A stretch of 64,000 nucleotides of DNA from an uncultured delta proteobacterium (GCA_963778115.1 CAVZSV010000004.1:1920001-1984000), one strand, 5' to 3'; numbered from the stretch's first letter, positions 20,410 through 29,980 are shown. Numbers and translations: made by a program. The notes: generated from the letters alone by a model not told the origin.

Positions 20410-20802
20410 CTATTTCGTCACTTTAGAGGTGATGTTATTGCAAGGCTTGGTATAACTATATGCCCACCAAACCAATAGTAGCTGCACCGGCAATCGTAAC
20501 CACAACGCCCATTGGGGAGTCGGCCCCTCTCCAAAGGGAAGATGGTGGATGGCCATGTTTACGTTAGCCGGAAAAACGGCGACGTATAGGGCGACGAGTC
20601 CCCAAGCGGCTATTTTCTGCAGACGCGGGATTAACAACCCCACTCCTGCTAGCGCTTCGAAAAAGCCACTCACGTAAACCAAAGCTAAAGGCCAAGGAAG
20701 ATAGCTAGGGACGATGCGCACAAAGGGTATGGGATCGATAAAGTGCTTTACACCGACGAAGATCATGAAGCCAGCCAGAACGAACTTAAGTATTTGTTTC
20801 AT
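20410..20802 (-). CDS. DoxX family membrane protein
   Basis: GVKHF..P..F..IVP, SGFFE, VFPANV and LRLPVQ motifs; ATG at 20802. Confidence 0.85.
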   Translation of the reverse strand: MKQILKFVLAGFMIFVGVKHFIDPIPFVRIVPSYLPWPLALVYVSGFFEALAGVGLLIPRLQKIAAWGLVALYVAVFPANVNMAIHHLPFGEGPTPQWALWLRLPVQLLLVWWAYSYTKPCNNITSKVTK

Positions 20803-20916
20803 TGGAATAACATTGTCCCTAATTAGCATAGGGGTTGCAACGCTCAAACCGAATGAAATGATAGTTTTTTAGTCGTATTCCCAAAGTGCTTATGTGCCTA
20901 TTTAGCTTTGGCTCCG

Positions 20917-20932
20917 TGGCACTTTGCTTGCA
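20917..20932 (+). promoter_or_regulatory. Putative sigma54 -24/-12 promoter
   Basis: TGGCACTTTGCTTGCA matches TGGCAC-N5-TTGCA exactly, ~38 nt upstream of the 20970 gene. Confidence 0.65.
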
Positions 20933-20969
20933 CCTATTTCGCTCACTTTACTTTGAATTAGGGGGTTAG

Positions 20970-21665
20970 GTGAAATACGCGCATATCATTTTAGTCTCTG
21001 TCTTTGCTCTGTCTTGCTTTAAGTTGCTGGCTGCGGATCCGACTAACTTAGACCTCTCCCATTCGGGGCTACTTGGAAATAAGGATGGGATGAACTGTAA
21101 AAATGGCGTCTGCACACTTGCTCCCGGAGCTTTACTGCCACGGTCAGCCGGACACCCCACCATTACGATCAAAAATCCTCTCCCGGCAGAAGTAAAACCA
21201 GAGACGAAGGAAGGAGTATTCGAATTCGACGATGAGGTGAGCATCAATCGCCAAATGAGTCGCTCGCCGAAGGAAAAGCTAATCTTAAGAGAGGTCGGCT
21301 TCGTGGGCTGTCCTGCTTGCGGCCAATTCAAAAAACACGTTGAAGCCATCGCCAAGAATTACAATGCGTATTTTGGTAGCATTATTCAGATGACTCCAAG
21401 TTCAACGGTGGGATTAGGCGTTGCCATGGATGTTAATGCCGCTACTCACCCCAACGTCACTCAGCTTCCTAACCCGACCTATCCCGCTTTTCAGATTCTA
21501 AAATGGGATGATCAAAAACAGGATTGGGTGGTCATCAAGAGCTTTCAGGGCTATTCGCCGCCAATTTTTGCCAGTACGGTCACAAAGGATCTCTTACCGG
21601 CAAATTCCGTTACGAATCTAGCGACGGGCACCGCACCCGACGTGAGACAGGCGCAGTCACGTTAG
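20970..21665 (+). CDS. Secreted protein with a thioredoxin-like CxxC domain
   Basis: Signal peptide; GCPACGQF; downstream YPAF cis-Pro-like motif. Confidence 0.6.
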   Translation: MKYAHIILVSVFALSCFKLLAADPTNLDLSHSGLLGNKDGMNCKNGVCTLAPGALLPRSAGHPTITIKNPLPAEVKPETKEGVFEFDDEVSINRQMSRSPKEKLILREVGFVGCPACGQFKKHVEAIAKNYNAYFGSIIQMTPSSTVGLGVAMDVNAATHPNVTQLPNPTYPAFQILKWDDQKQDWVVIKSFQGYSPPIFASTVTKDLLPANSVTNLATGTAPDVRQAQSR

Positions 21666-22252
21666 AGGACGAAGCCCACTCCGGCCTGGGGTAAGAAAAC
21701 GAAGGAGGAATCTAAAATTCCTAATTTTGGTTCGATCATCACAGAAAGTGTTGGACTAAGTAAGATCTCAAGCCCTGGTCTAGCTAGAGCTTCGAAATTA
21801 ATAGCGGTGTTCGAATAGCTGGAGCTTGCTCCTGATAACGATACGCTTAGATTTCCCATGGTGAGACTTGCTCCCACGGCAACTCCAAAGAACGGGCGAA
21901 ACGCCGACTCGGGAATTACCCATTTATAGAGAGCCGTAAGCATGAGCGGTAATGAACTTACCGATACCGAAGCCGATACTGAGCCAGATGCCGATTCGCT
22001 CCAGCGGTAAAAGCCGGATTCAGCCCCCAGATAAAAGTGGCTTCCCAGATGGAACACTAGATCTATCCCGCCCCCGAATCCAACAGTCCCTTCCAGCAAA
22101 GCGAGGGAAGGGAGAAGGGAGAGCTGTTTATCAGGTAGCTCGCTGACATCCGGGCTCTGCGGTGCCGGAGATTCCACCGTTTCGGCAAAGCTCAAAGAGC
22201 TGAGAAGTAAAATGGGGGCAACAATTCCACAGACAATGCGCGAAAGCTTCAT
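21662..22252 (-). CDS. Small outer-membrane beta-barrel protein (OmpW/OmpA-like)
   Basis: Signal peptide; alternating amphipathic strands; RPFFGVAVG; terminal GVGFVL. Confidence 0.7.
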   Translation of the reverse strand: MKLSRIVCGIVAPILLLSSLSFAETVESPAPQSPDVSELPDKQLSLLPSLALLEGTVGFGGGIDLVFHLGSHFYLGAESGFYRWSESASGSVSASVSVSSLPLMLTALYKWVIPESAFRPFFGVAVGASLTMGNLSVSLSGASSSYSNTAINFEALARPGLEILLSPTLSVMIEPKLGILDSSFVFLPQAGVGFVL

Positions 22253-22277
22253 TATAGGCTCCAGCCGGTAGCATACC

Positions 22278-23372
22278 CTATCCCGCGGCAGCTACGACAT
22301 CGCGACAGGGAATCTGTAAGAAGATAGGAGTCATCTCCTTCATCCGCTCCAAGACGTTATTTAGTCCCGCGCGCAGGGTAATAAACGCTTGAGTGAAGGT
22401 GCGATCCTTTTCACTGATGGCTATCGGAAATCGAAAGTGCTCGACCCATTGAGGCAACGGAGTCTGACTCTTACGCATCTTCACCAAGAGTGCTTCATGA
22501 TGGGCCCGGAAAGTCGTTCGCAGAAGGCCAAACGGAATTCGATAGACTCTGAGATCTCTTTCTCGCCGCTCCAAAGTGCTTCGAGGCGTTACAAAGGCGA
22601 AACGGGAGGGGCTTGCCTTTTCATCGGGAGCTTCCTGAAATCCTAGTACCAGCATAGCGATGGGATCTTCGCCTTCCGCTTGAACATAATAGGTGTGGTC
22701 TTGAGGCTTTTGCGGAATGGAAATAAAAGCCTTGGGACTCGGAAAGACCCTCTCCTCGACCTGTGCCAAGGGAACGGAAAAGGAGCTTTGGGGCATTACC
22801 AGGCCATCGCTTCTCGAATCGTAAACGACCCGAGTGAGCTTGGTGTTCAGATAGTAGCGGGCTGCACCCTCTGTGGTAACATCCACCATAAAAGATTCAT
22901 AGATGGCCGGTGCCCACATCGAGCTATCGGTCTCTACGGCCAGAGGGGTTCCGGCCCCTTTAGGAACTCGCTTGAACAGCGCTCTTAATTGCTCCGTAGG
23001 AATGGGCGGTAGCGACAACGGAGATTTCCAACCGTGAAGCAGAGGCTCATAGCGTGCGGGATTGCCGCGATCGGTTTCGTGGCCCTCAAATCGAAAAAAA
23101 AGTCTTCCGTCCGAACGGCTAGTCTGAATCTCCTCAAACGGCTCTTCGGGTCGGTTCTTGGGATCTTCTAGAATCTGGGCAAAGCGTCTTTCAATGTGAA
23201 CTGGGATTTCCATGGGAACCCCGTTCGCGTCGACGGTGATGCCGGTGTCCTCATCTTCGCCGTTATCAGCACCCGCAATTCCCTCCACAGAGAAAGAGAT
23301 TCCCATGAAAAATGCGGTCACTAAAATTGCCAGAAAAGAGGGCGTTGCGCCCTTGAAATGCTTCATCCCCAA
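22278..23372 (-). CDS. Secreted hypothetical protein
   Basis: 364-aa ORF with an N-terminal hydrophobic signal. Confidence 0.68.
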   Translation of the reverse strand: MGMKHFKGATPSFLAILVTAFFMGISFSVEGIAGADNGEDEDTGITVDANGVPMEIPVHIERRFAQILEDPKNRPEEPFEEIQTSRSDGRLFFRFEGHETDRGNPARYEPLLHGWKSPLSLPPIPTEQLRALFKRVPKGAGTPLAVETDSSMWAPAIYESFMVDVTTEGAARYYLNTKLTRVVYDSRSDGLVMPQSSFSVPLAQVEERVFPSPKAFISIPQKPQDHTYYVQAEGEDPIAMLVLGFQEAPDEKASPSRFAFVTPRSTLERRERDLRVYRIPFGLLRTTFRAHHEALLVKMRKSQTPLPQWVEHFRFPIAISEKDRTFTQAFITLRAGLNNVLERMKEMTPIFLQIPCRDVVAAAG

Positions 23373-23669
23373 ATTCCCCCCATGTATTTTGATACAAACG
23401 TATGATGGGGATGTGCGTCAATATAAATTACTGGGTCAATAGGGATGCTAACGGAACGGGTCCCTCTGATATTCAACACCTTCGGGCACTTTTTCTTCCA
23501 GTTCAATCAAAGGCCAATTGTGGACGCATTAGGTCCCCAAAGCGCCCAAAATTGTCGCTTCGCCCACTCTATTTCCACCGCTTCCAGCCTGAATACAGTG
23601 GCTTTGCGATTGCACAACCACCCTATCGAGAAGCCCCGTTTGCGGGGGACGTAGGGGGAGGAGATTCGA

Positions 23670-24185
23670 ATGCAAAGGTTATCGTTCTGGGTGTGGCTTT
23701 CTTTGTTTTTGGTGACGGCTTGCGGACAGTTCGAAGCGAAACCCGGAGTAAGAAACAACCAATCTGGCGGAGTCTCTAGTTCCGTTCTTCTGGGAAGCTG
23801 GACATCTAATTGTTATCCGACGAATGCCAATGTGCCCAACGGCCCTGAGCAGGCTTCGCAATATACTTTCAATAGCAACTCCACGCTCGAGATTCAGACG
23901 CTAAGCTGCAACTCGAATGCTCCAACAGCGATGATCATCAACACGGCGACTTTGGGTTTTTACATCGATGGAGCCGCCCCTTCGAATGTTCCTAACGGAA
24001 ATCGCATTCATTATTGGAATCCGGCCACCAGCACTACGACCTATGATGTCTTTAGTGTCCAGGGCGGCACACTTCTCTTTACGGCGGCACCGACCACTTC
24101 TCCAGTGGCCGTTCCCGTGCTTTCCAACGCGGTGGCCTACACTCGAACCACTCAAGGCATCGTGCAAACTACCACTGGGCACTAA
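23670..24185 (+). CDS. Hypothetical lipoprotein
   Basis: SD GGAGG; LVTAC lipobox; LLGSW.SNC start typical of lipocalin-like folds. Confidence 0.72.
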   Translation: MQRLSFWVWLSLFLVTACGQFEAKPGVRNNQSGGVSSSVLLGSWTSNCYPTNANVPNGPEQASQYTFNSNSTLEIQTLSCNSNAPTAMIINTATLGFYIDGAAPSNVPNGNRIHYWNPATSTTTYDVFSVQGGTLLFTAAPTTSPVAVPVLSNAVAYTRTTQGIVQTTTGH

Positions 24186-24240
24186 GTCTGCCTGTGGATA
24201 ATCAATAAGTTGATTCCTCAAAATCAAAACGCGTTAAGTG

Positions 24241-24732
24241 CTAATCGCGGTAGTAATGGCAAGTATATCCGCCCGGATTTTTAATGAGGTATTTCTGGTG
24301 ATACTCTTCTGCACGATAGAAGGGGCCAGCCGGAACGACTTCAGTCACCACTTTGCCCTTCCATTTACCTGAAGCTTGAACTTTGGCGATGACCTTTTCG
24401 GCAACGGCCTTTTGCTCGTCAGAGTGGAAGAAGATAACCGATCGGTACTGAGATCCGACGTCATTACCCTGTCGATTCACCGTCGTGGGATCGTGCATGC
24501 GAAAAAAATGATCTAAAATACCTTCATAGCTCACTTTAGCAGGGTCAAATTCGATCTGAACACTCTCGGCGTGTCCCGTGGATCCTCGTTTCACCACTTC
24601 GTAAGTGGCATTGGGGACATCGCCCCCGGTATACCCAACGGTAGTCTCAATGACGCCTGGGATCTTTCGGATCAAATCCTCCATCCCCCAGAAACAACCC
24701 CCAGCCATAGTCGCTATTTCAGTCCGATTCAT
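24241..24732 (-). CDS. msrA: Peptide-methionine (S)-S-oxide reductase MsrA
   Basis: GGCFWG, GYTGG, TGHAE, HDPT..NRQGND.G.QYRS, FY.AEEYHQ.Y and GYTCH motifs. Likely start is the ATG at 24732. Confidence 0.96.
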   Translation of the reverse strand: MNRTEIATMAGGCFWGMEDLIRKIPGVIETTVGYTGGDVPNATYEVVKRGSTGHAESVQIEFDPAKVSYEGILDHFFRMHDPTTVNRQGNDVGSQYRSVIFFHSDEQKAVAEKVIAKVQASGKWKGKVVTEVVPAGPFYRAEEYHQKYLIKNPGGYTCHYYRD

Positions 24733-24947
24733 AGCGTTTCCATACACCCAGAGAAGGAAAAAGGGTAGAGGAGTGGGATTTGGGGATTTCGGATCGTTCA
24801 CGTTCACGCTAACGTCTACGTCTACGCATACGTAAAGGACCAGTAGGATGTGTGACGCTTCGAGCCGTCCTCAGTCACACAAAATACCTCGACCGGCCCA
24901 CAACGCGGTACAATATCCCCAGGCTTTACTAACATCGGAGAACAAAC

Positions 24948-25382
24948 ATGGTTAACAAGAAATGTTGGATATCCTGCGCCATTTCCACCGTCGTAACGTT
25001 TCTCGTCCTTTGGGGTCTCGAATTTGTCGTTCATGAACTCATTCTGAAAAGTAGCTACATGAACTTTGCAGCTCTCTACCGACCGGCCGCAGATATGTGC
25101 CACTATCTGCCTTACATGCTTGTTTCCTTTTTCCTGGTGGCGGCATCGATCGTATGGATTTACGACCAAGGTAAGAAACAGGATAAGCCTTTCTTGATTC
25201 AAGGAGTGCGCTTTGGATTGGCTCTGGCTTTCCTTACCGCAGTCCCCTCGGCCCTGCTCTATTACTCTTTACAGCCAATAAGTTGTTCTTTAGCGATGAA
25301 ACAGATCCTTTTGGGAATTCCTGAAATGGTGATCTTGGGTATCGTCGTAGCCAAACTAAGAGAAAAAGCTCCCGCGAAATGA
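24948..25382 (+). CDS. Four-TM membrane protein
   Basis: SD GGAG; four hydrophobic helices. Confidence 0.7.
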   Translation: MVNKKCWISCAISTVVTFLVLWGLEFVVHELILKSSYMNFAALYRPAADMCHYLPYMLVSFFLVAASIVWIYDQGKKQDKPFLIQGVRFGLALAFLTAVPSALLYYSLQPISCSLAMKQILLGIPEMVILGIVVAKLREKAPAK

Positions 25383-25422
25383 TTGCCATAGGGGGGCCGT
25401 CATGCGAGGTATCTATACTTGA

Positions 25423-25893
25423 ATGATGCCCCCCAGACTTAAAGAACTTTCGACGGCCTTTACGGCAGTAAGCACTGGCCTTCTTTCAGGAGCAATGTTT
25501 GCCTCCGGCCAGGGGCTGTTATCCCTTTGGAACGGACTCTCTCCGACCGCTTTGGCTGCTTTTACCAACGAGCACTATGGAGCCTTTTCGACGATTCTGG
25601 TATCTCTGTTGGAAGTTTCCTTTCTCTCCGGGCTAGCAATGTTGCTGCTCCATCTCTCGCCCACTGAAAAGAAAAGACCGTGGACTTTGATCGCTGGAAT
25701 TTGTCTATTTGCCGCGGTTATCACCTATTTCTTGGGTACGATTCCCGTTCAAGAGGTCCTCACCCGAGGCTTGCTTTCGCCCGAAGCCGAACTTCAAGTT
25801 ACCGGCCGTTGGGCGGTCTCCCATTGGATTCAGTTCGTCCTGGAATTTATGGCTTTTCTGGCAAGTCTGAAAGCATTGGCCACACACCGGTAG
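25423..25893 (+). CDS. DUF1772/anthrone-oxygenase-like four-TM protein
   Basis: GLL.G..F..., IT....IPV and RW..SHW. patterns. Confidence 0.6.
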   Translation: MMPPRLKELSTAFTAVSTGLLSGAMFASGQGLLSLWNGLSPTALAAFTNEHYGAFSTILVSLLEVSFLSGLAMLLLHLSPTEKKRPWTLIAGICLFAAVITYFLGTIPVQEVLTRGLLSPEAELQVTGRWAVSHWIQFVLEFMAFLASLKALATHR

Positions 25894-25901
25894 TAAGAGA
25901 A

Positions 25902-26918
25902 TTAGCTCTGAAAATTAAGCGAGACAATCTCCGGCTTTCGCTCACGCCCCAACTTTTGGGCAATTCCTTCGACCACCCTTTTTCCCGAATTGAAACTCGC
26001 GATAATAGATCCTTTCCCCTGGGGAACGCATAATTCTCCGGCGACATACAAATTGACAATATTGCTCTCTAGCATAGGAGAAAGTATGGGATTTCCTTTC
26101 TCATCGAGGTTAAGTCCAGCGCTAGCCAAGAAACCTGCGGGAGAGCTTCCTCCGATACCGAAAACAACGTTATCGAATACCTTACTTGGGCCCTCCTTAA
26201 AAATGACGTGAGGTTTGCCGTTTTCGTCCCGAATTCCCGTTAGGTTAGAATTGCGTAAAACCGCAATCAACCCTTCCTTTTCATCCTTCTCCAAAATCTC
26301 TAGGTTCATGGGATTAAGACGACTAAAAGTGTCCTTACGGTAGGAAACGGTAACCTTCCCTCGATTGGCCAGACTCAACGCAAACTCGATGGCGGAGTTT
26401 CCCCCTCCTACCACTAGGATCTCTTTTCCCGTAGCATCCAAGTTTCTGATATCGAACTGAACATGTTTTCGAGCGTTTGAAGGAATTTCATTAAAGAAGT
26501 CCGGGCGATTGGGTTTTCCCATTCTTCCGACGCAAATCACTACGAATTTAGACTTAAATAATGCCCCTTCCGAAGTAGAAACAAAAAAATAGCCGCCTTC
26601 ATGCTTAATAGAATCGACGTTCACGTTGTAGGTAACCTGAAAGCCGTATCGCTCTAGAATTTCGTCGATGATCGCTAAAAAATTCGGTTTGGTAGTGTCC
26701 CGAAAGCACAGTACGCCAGCGCAAACGGCCTCTTGCCCCCTATAGGCGGCGTCAACCCGCTTATCATCGGGATAGTATTGTAAAACGGTTTGGTTGTGAG
26801 AGGGCCCCTTTTCAATGACTCGGACTGACGGCAAATCGTGGTACACGCATTCGGCGGCTACACTTAAGCCCGCGGGACCAGCGCCGATGACCAGGATCTC
26901 TTGCTCTTGAATGTTCAT
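25902..26918 (-). CDS. FAD/NAD(P)-dependent oxidoreductase with thioredoxin-reductase fold, FqrB (flavodoxin:quinone reductase)-like
   Basis: GAGPAG, EKGPSH..YY...KRVD..Y.GQ, G.MG.PNRP, GGGNSAIE, YRK..FSR.N..N and IGGSSP motifs; no TrxR CxxC. Confidence 0.78.
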   Translation of the reverse strand: MNIQEQEILVIGAGPAGLSVAAECVYHDLPSVRVIEKGPSHNQTVLQYYPDDKRVDAAYRGQEAVCAGVLCFRDTTKPNFLAIIDEILERYGFQVTYNVNVDSIKHEGGYFFVSTSEGALFKSKFVVICVGRMGKPNRPDFFNEIPSNARKHVQFDIRNLDATGKEILVVGGGNSAIEFALSLANRGKVTVSYRKDTFSRLNPMNLEILEKDEKEGLIAVLRNSNLTGIRDENGKPHVIFKEGPSKVFDNVVFGIGGSSPAGFLASAGLNLDEKGNPILSPMLESNIVNLYVAGELCVPQGKGSIIASFNSGKRVVEGIAQKLGRERKPEIVSLNFQS

Positions 26919-27180
26919 GGGCCATGCAAACCAGATTGGCTACCAAAGCGCAAGCTCAAGTCCTTGAGCGAAAGACGTATCCCGATAGTCTTAGGTCGAA
27001 GACCCAAAGAACACGGGAGTAAGAAACTCCCCTTTACTTTAAAATACCGGAATTCAAAACCAAACCTCACTCTTTCTTCTAAGAACTTCCGTGTGTACGG
27101 CTTTTACGATTGGCTGACAAAAATGCGCACTCTACGAGGCTCTCACCCCTGAATCGTGCGGGAAAAGGGTGATTTTGAAT

Positions 27181-27196
27181 TGGTACAGCCTGTGCT
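27181..27196 (+). promoter_or_regulatory. Putative sigma54 promoter for the Gly/Tyr-rich gene
   Basis: TGGTACAGCCTGTGCT fits GG-N10-GC with two mismatches to consensus. Confidence 0.35.
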
Positions 27197-27296
27197 TTTT
27201 TTTTCGTAGGTACACTTCCAGCGCTACGTGCGTGGAAGATGAAGAAGTGGAGATGAGCTTAGGGCGAACGCCCTAGCAAATGTGGAGCGGAAAAAG

Positions 27297-28199
27297 ATGA
27301 GTAAGTTCAGCGCATATCTTGCGGTGGTTTTTCTGAGCTGTTCAGTAACCTTGGTTTCGGCTCGAGCCGAAAGCGTTGCCAATGTAAATAGTGGCACGGC
27401 GCAAACGTCTTTAAACAGCCATGGAGGAAATTCCTTTTCCTCTACGACGGGGTCTTCAAGGTATTTAGCTCCTTCGACCTCGGCTACGGTCACTACCAAT
27501 ACGGCGACCAGTAACACGGCTTCAACCGCAACGGTTACCGACAAAGATTGGGGATTTGGACTTGGATGGGGTGCCGGCTACGGAGCTTACGGCGGATACT
27601 ATGGGGGATACAGCCCCTACGGCGGTTACGGTTATGGATCGCTCTATTCGCCTTACAATTATTCTTATCCCTCCTACGGATATGGTTACGGATATCCTTC
27701 GTACGGATACGGATATGGTTCTAGTTATGGATACGGCTATCCCAACTACGGATATGGAATGGGTATTGGCTACGGGTATCCCTCGTACGGATATGGTTAC
27801 GGATCAAGCTATGGATACGGCTACCCCTCCTATGGATACGGAATGGGCTACGGCTATCCTTCTTACGGATACGGGTACGGATCAAGTTACGGTTACGGAT
27901 ATCCTTCGTACGGATACGGATATGGATATGGAATGGGTATCGGCTACGGGTATCCCTCGTACGGATATGGCTACGGATCAAGCTATGGATACGGCTACCC
28001 CTCCTATGGATACGGAATGGGCTACGGCTATCCTTCTTACGGATACGGGTACGGATCAAGTTACGGATACGGTTACCCGTACTACGGTTCCTCTTATCCT
28101 GCTTACGGATATAGCTATCCAGCAGGCGGATCGCTTTACTCTCCGTACAACTACACTTCGGGTTTCCCCTACCAATACGGAATGGGTTTCCCTCACTAG
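27297..28199 (+). CDS. Secreted Gly/Tyr-rich low-complexity repeat protein
   Basis: SD GGAG then ATG at 27297; signal peptide ending ARA; Ser/Thr linker; ~200 aa of YGYG/YPSYG repeats. Confidence 0.75.
   Translation: MSKFSAYLAVVFLSCSVTLVSARAESVANVNSGTAQTSLNSHGGNSFSSTTGSSRYLAPSTSATVTTNTATSNTASTATVTDKDWGFGLGWGAGYGAYGGYYGGYSPYGGYGYGSLYSPYNYSYPSYGYGYGYPSYGYGYGSSYGYGYPNYGYGMGIGYGYPSYGYGYGSSYGYGYPSYGYGMGYGYPSYGYGYGSSYGYGYPSYGYGYGYGMGIGYGYPSYGYGYGSSYGYGYPSYGYGMGYGYPSYGYGYGSSYGYGYPYYGSSYPAYGYSYPAGGSLYSPYNYTSGFPYQYGMGFPH
27750..28066. repeat. Near-identical internal duplication (~143 bp, 174-bp period)
   Basis: 27750-27892 and 27924-28066 differ at only two synonymous positions by eye. Confidence 0.85.
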
Positions 28200-29590
28200 G
28201 GTTGTTGTAACCGTTTAAGAACGGTGGAGACAGATACCGAATATAAAATGGGGTCGGCGGTTTTTCCGTCGGCCCCTTTTATTATGACGGTCTTTCCGTC
28301 GGGAGAATACTGAGCTTCTGTTAATTCGGCATTCGGGTCCATTAGCTGACAATAGTTGCCGTCTTCTTCTAGCTGCAGAAAACAGGCCCTCTTCTTAGAG
28401 ATCGTAATCCCCGTTTTTCCATCAGGAGAGACTTGAAAATCCAAAATTTTTTCCGTTCCGACCGGAATTTCCTTCACGCGAGTTTTTCCATCGAGAGAAT
28501 GGATCTCAAGAAATCCGTGAGGGCTCACAATTCCAAAGCGGGGGTTTTTACCAGGTATCGGACGTACTTTCGCTATCGCGGTTTCCACAGGGCCTACCAC
28601 TTGGACAGACTGCACAAAACGCGGAGCCCCCTCTTGTTCATGCCATACATCGACGCCAATATAACCTTTGCCGGAACTTGCGACCCCTCCGTTTATTGAG
28701 ATCCAACCATTTGAGCTGTCGAAAAAACCAGCCCCAATTTTAATCCGCCGCGAAGAGGGTTCATCGCGAAAAGCGAGCCCCCATTGAATGACAACTTCTC
28801 CATGAGCCAACGTGACGATCTTCGATTGCCCATTGAGGGAACTTAACCCCACGGAATTCCCCTGTGGCAAAATCGTTGGAAAGACAGGACCCCATAGTTG
28901 AGAAGGGCCACTTAATTGATATAACCTTAGGGGCTCCTCGGGCCTGTCCGACGGAATTCGAAAAACTTCGATTCCGCCATTGTTCACCGCCTCTACAAGG
29001 TACCCTTTCTCTGAGTACGAAAGACTATGGATCCCCGATTGAGAGAAAGCGGATCTAAAATCGATCCCGGCTGAACCGTCCTGAGAATTCCAAAATCGCA
29101 GAATTCCATCAGCGTCTCCTCCAATGATCCATTCGGGCGATGCCACCACCGAAGTGAAGCGGAAACGTTTCGATTGAATAGGCAATAGAGGATTTTTTTC
29201 TAGGGTGGCAGACTTACGAGAAACAATCCTCGAAACTCCGTCATTTTCGTAAGCCACATAGATGAAACGAGAGTCGGGGGAGAAAGCGATCGCGCCTCCG
29301 CTATCGGTGACGATGTATTGGGTTCCTGGAACGGGATATTCCCGAGAAGCGAACTTACTTCCTTTGGGAAGTTTCCAGCGGTGGAAAAGTCCTTGCGAGT
29401 GATCTTCTTCAATCACTATCGGCGCACAACCTCCGAAACTAGAATTCGGCTGCGCCGAAGTCCTGGTACAAGCTATAAGAATTATAAAAAAAAGGGCAGC
29501 CCGTAGGCGCCACCTTCCGTAGCCCATCCGAATCAAGAACATTCCTTTCGTGGAGGCAATGGCGTACCACATTTGCTTGATTGGGATCAA
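28196..29590 (-). CDS. Secreted WD40-like beta-propeller protein
   Basis: AFSPDS, GILRFW, QVSPDG and YSPDG blade motifs. True start probably 29542 or 29527. Confidence 0.72.
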   Translation of the reverse strand: MIPIKQMWYAIASTKGMFLIRMGYGRWRLRAALFFIILIACTRTSAQPNSSFGGCAPIVIEEDHSQGLFHRWKLPKGSKFASREYPVPGTQYIVTDSGGAIAFSPDSRFIYVAYENDGVSRIVSRKSATLEKNPLLPIQSKRFRFTSVVASPEWIIGGDADGILRFWNSQDGSAGIDFRSAFSQSGIHSLSYSEKGYLVEAVNNGGIEVFRIPSDRPEEPLRLYQLSGPSQLWGPVFPTILPQGNSVGLSSLNGQSKIVTLAHGEVVIQWGLAFRDEPSSRRIKIGAGFFDSSNGWISINGGVASSGKGYIGVDVWHEQEGAPRFVQSVQVVGPVETAIAKVRPIPGKNPRFGIVSPHGFLEIHSLDGKTRVKEIPVGTEKILDFQVSPDGKTGITISKKRACFLQLEEDGNYCQLMDPNAELTEAQYSPDGKTVIIKGADGKTADPILYSVSVSTVLKRLQQP

Positions 29591-29971
29591 GCCTAAGCTT
29601 CCGACGAGAAAGACCTATAGATATCGTCGAGTTGAGAGGGAGAACTTGGCGGGGCCCGGCCTTACCTCCGGGCCCTGCCTTAGGAGAGAAGGCTATCTCA
29701 TCCTTACTTCAAAACGAACTACGGACAAAAAAAGAAGCCTCGTGACCTGCATGGGTAGGGTCAAGCGACCTCTTTTTCTTTAACTGCTATGAGGGAAAAT
29801 TTAAAAAACGGAGAAACTAATCTCTTTATTTAGAGTTTTAGAAAACGTGAACTCATTTGTCACGACCCAGCGACTCCAAAAATGCCTGTAATTGCTCTTA
29901 ATTGCGATGACAAACTCGATTCTCAAAAAAACGGATCGCTTTGTCGCGGCCGCGTAAGACAATAGCCGCGA

Positions 29972-29980
29972 TGCTATAAT
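29972..29980 (+). promoter_or_regulatory. Extended -10 promoter 8 nt before the ATG (leaderless-type)
   Basis: TGCTATAAT, then 8 nt, then ATG at 29989; no SD. Confidence 0.55.

Noticed and set aside
24733..24807. N-terminal extension of MsrA in the ORF track
   Set aside because: It derives from the hexamer-periodic intergenic tract; MsrA homology starts at ATG 24732.
24849..24881. Hammerhead ribozyme (CTGAGGA core)
   Set aside because: Stem II, the GAAA strand and a third helix cannot be built convincingly.
20154..28066. Tandem repeats (20154-20207 and 27750-28066) as possible CRISPR arrays
   Set aside because: No unique spacers between repeats, both lie within coding frames, and there are no cas genes.
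27556..28218. Asp/Thr/Met-rich 220-aa ORF and the Arg/Ile-rich minus-strand ORF (27721-28059)
   Set aside because: Frame shadows of the Gly/Tyr repeat. Only the G/Y frame has an SD and a signal peptide, and the differences between the duplicated blocks are synonymous in that frame.
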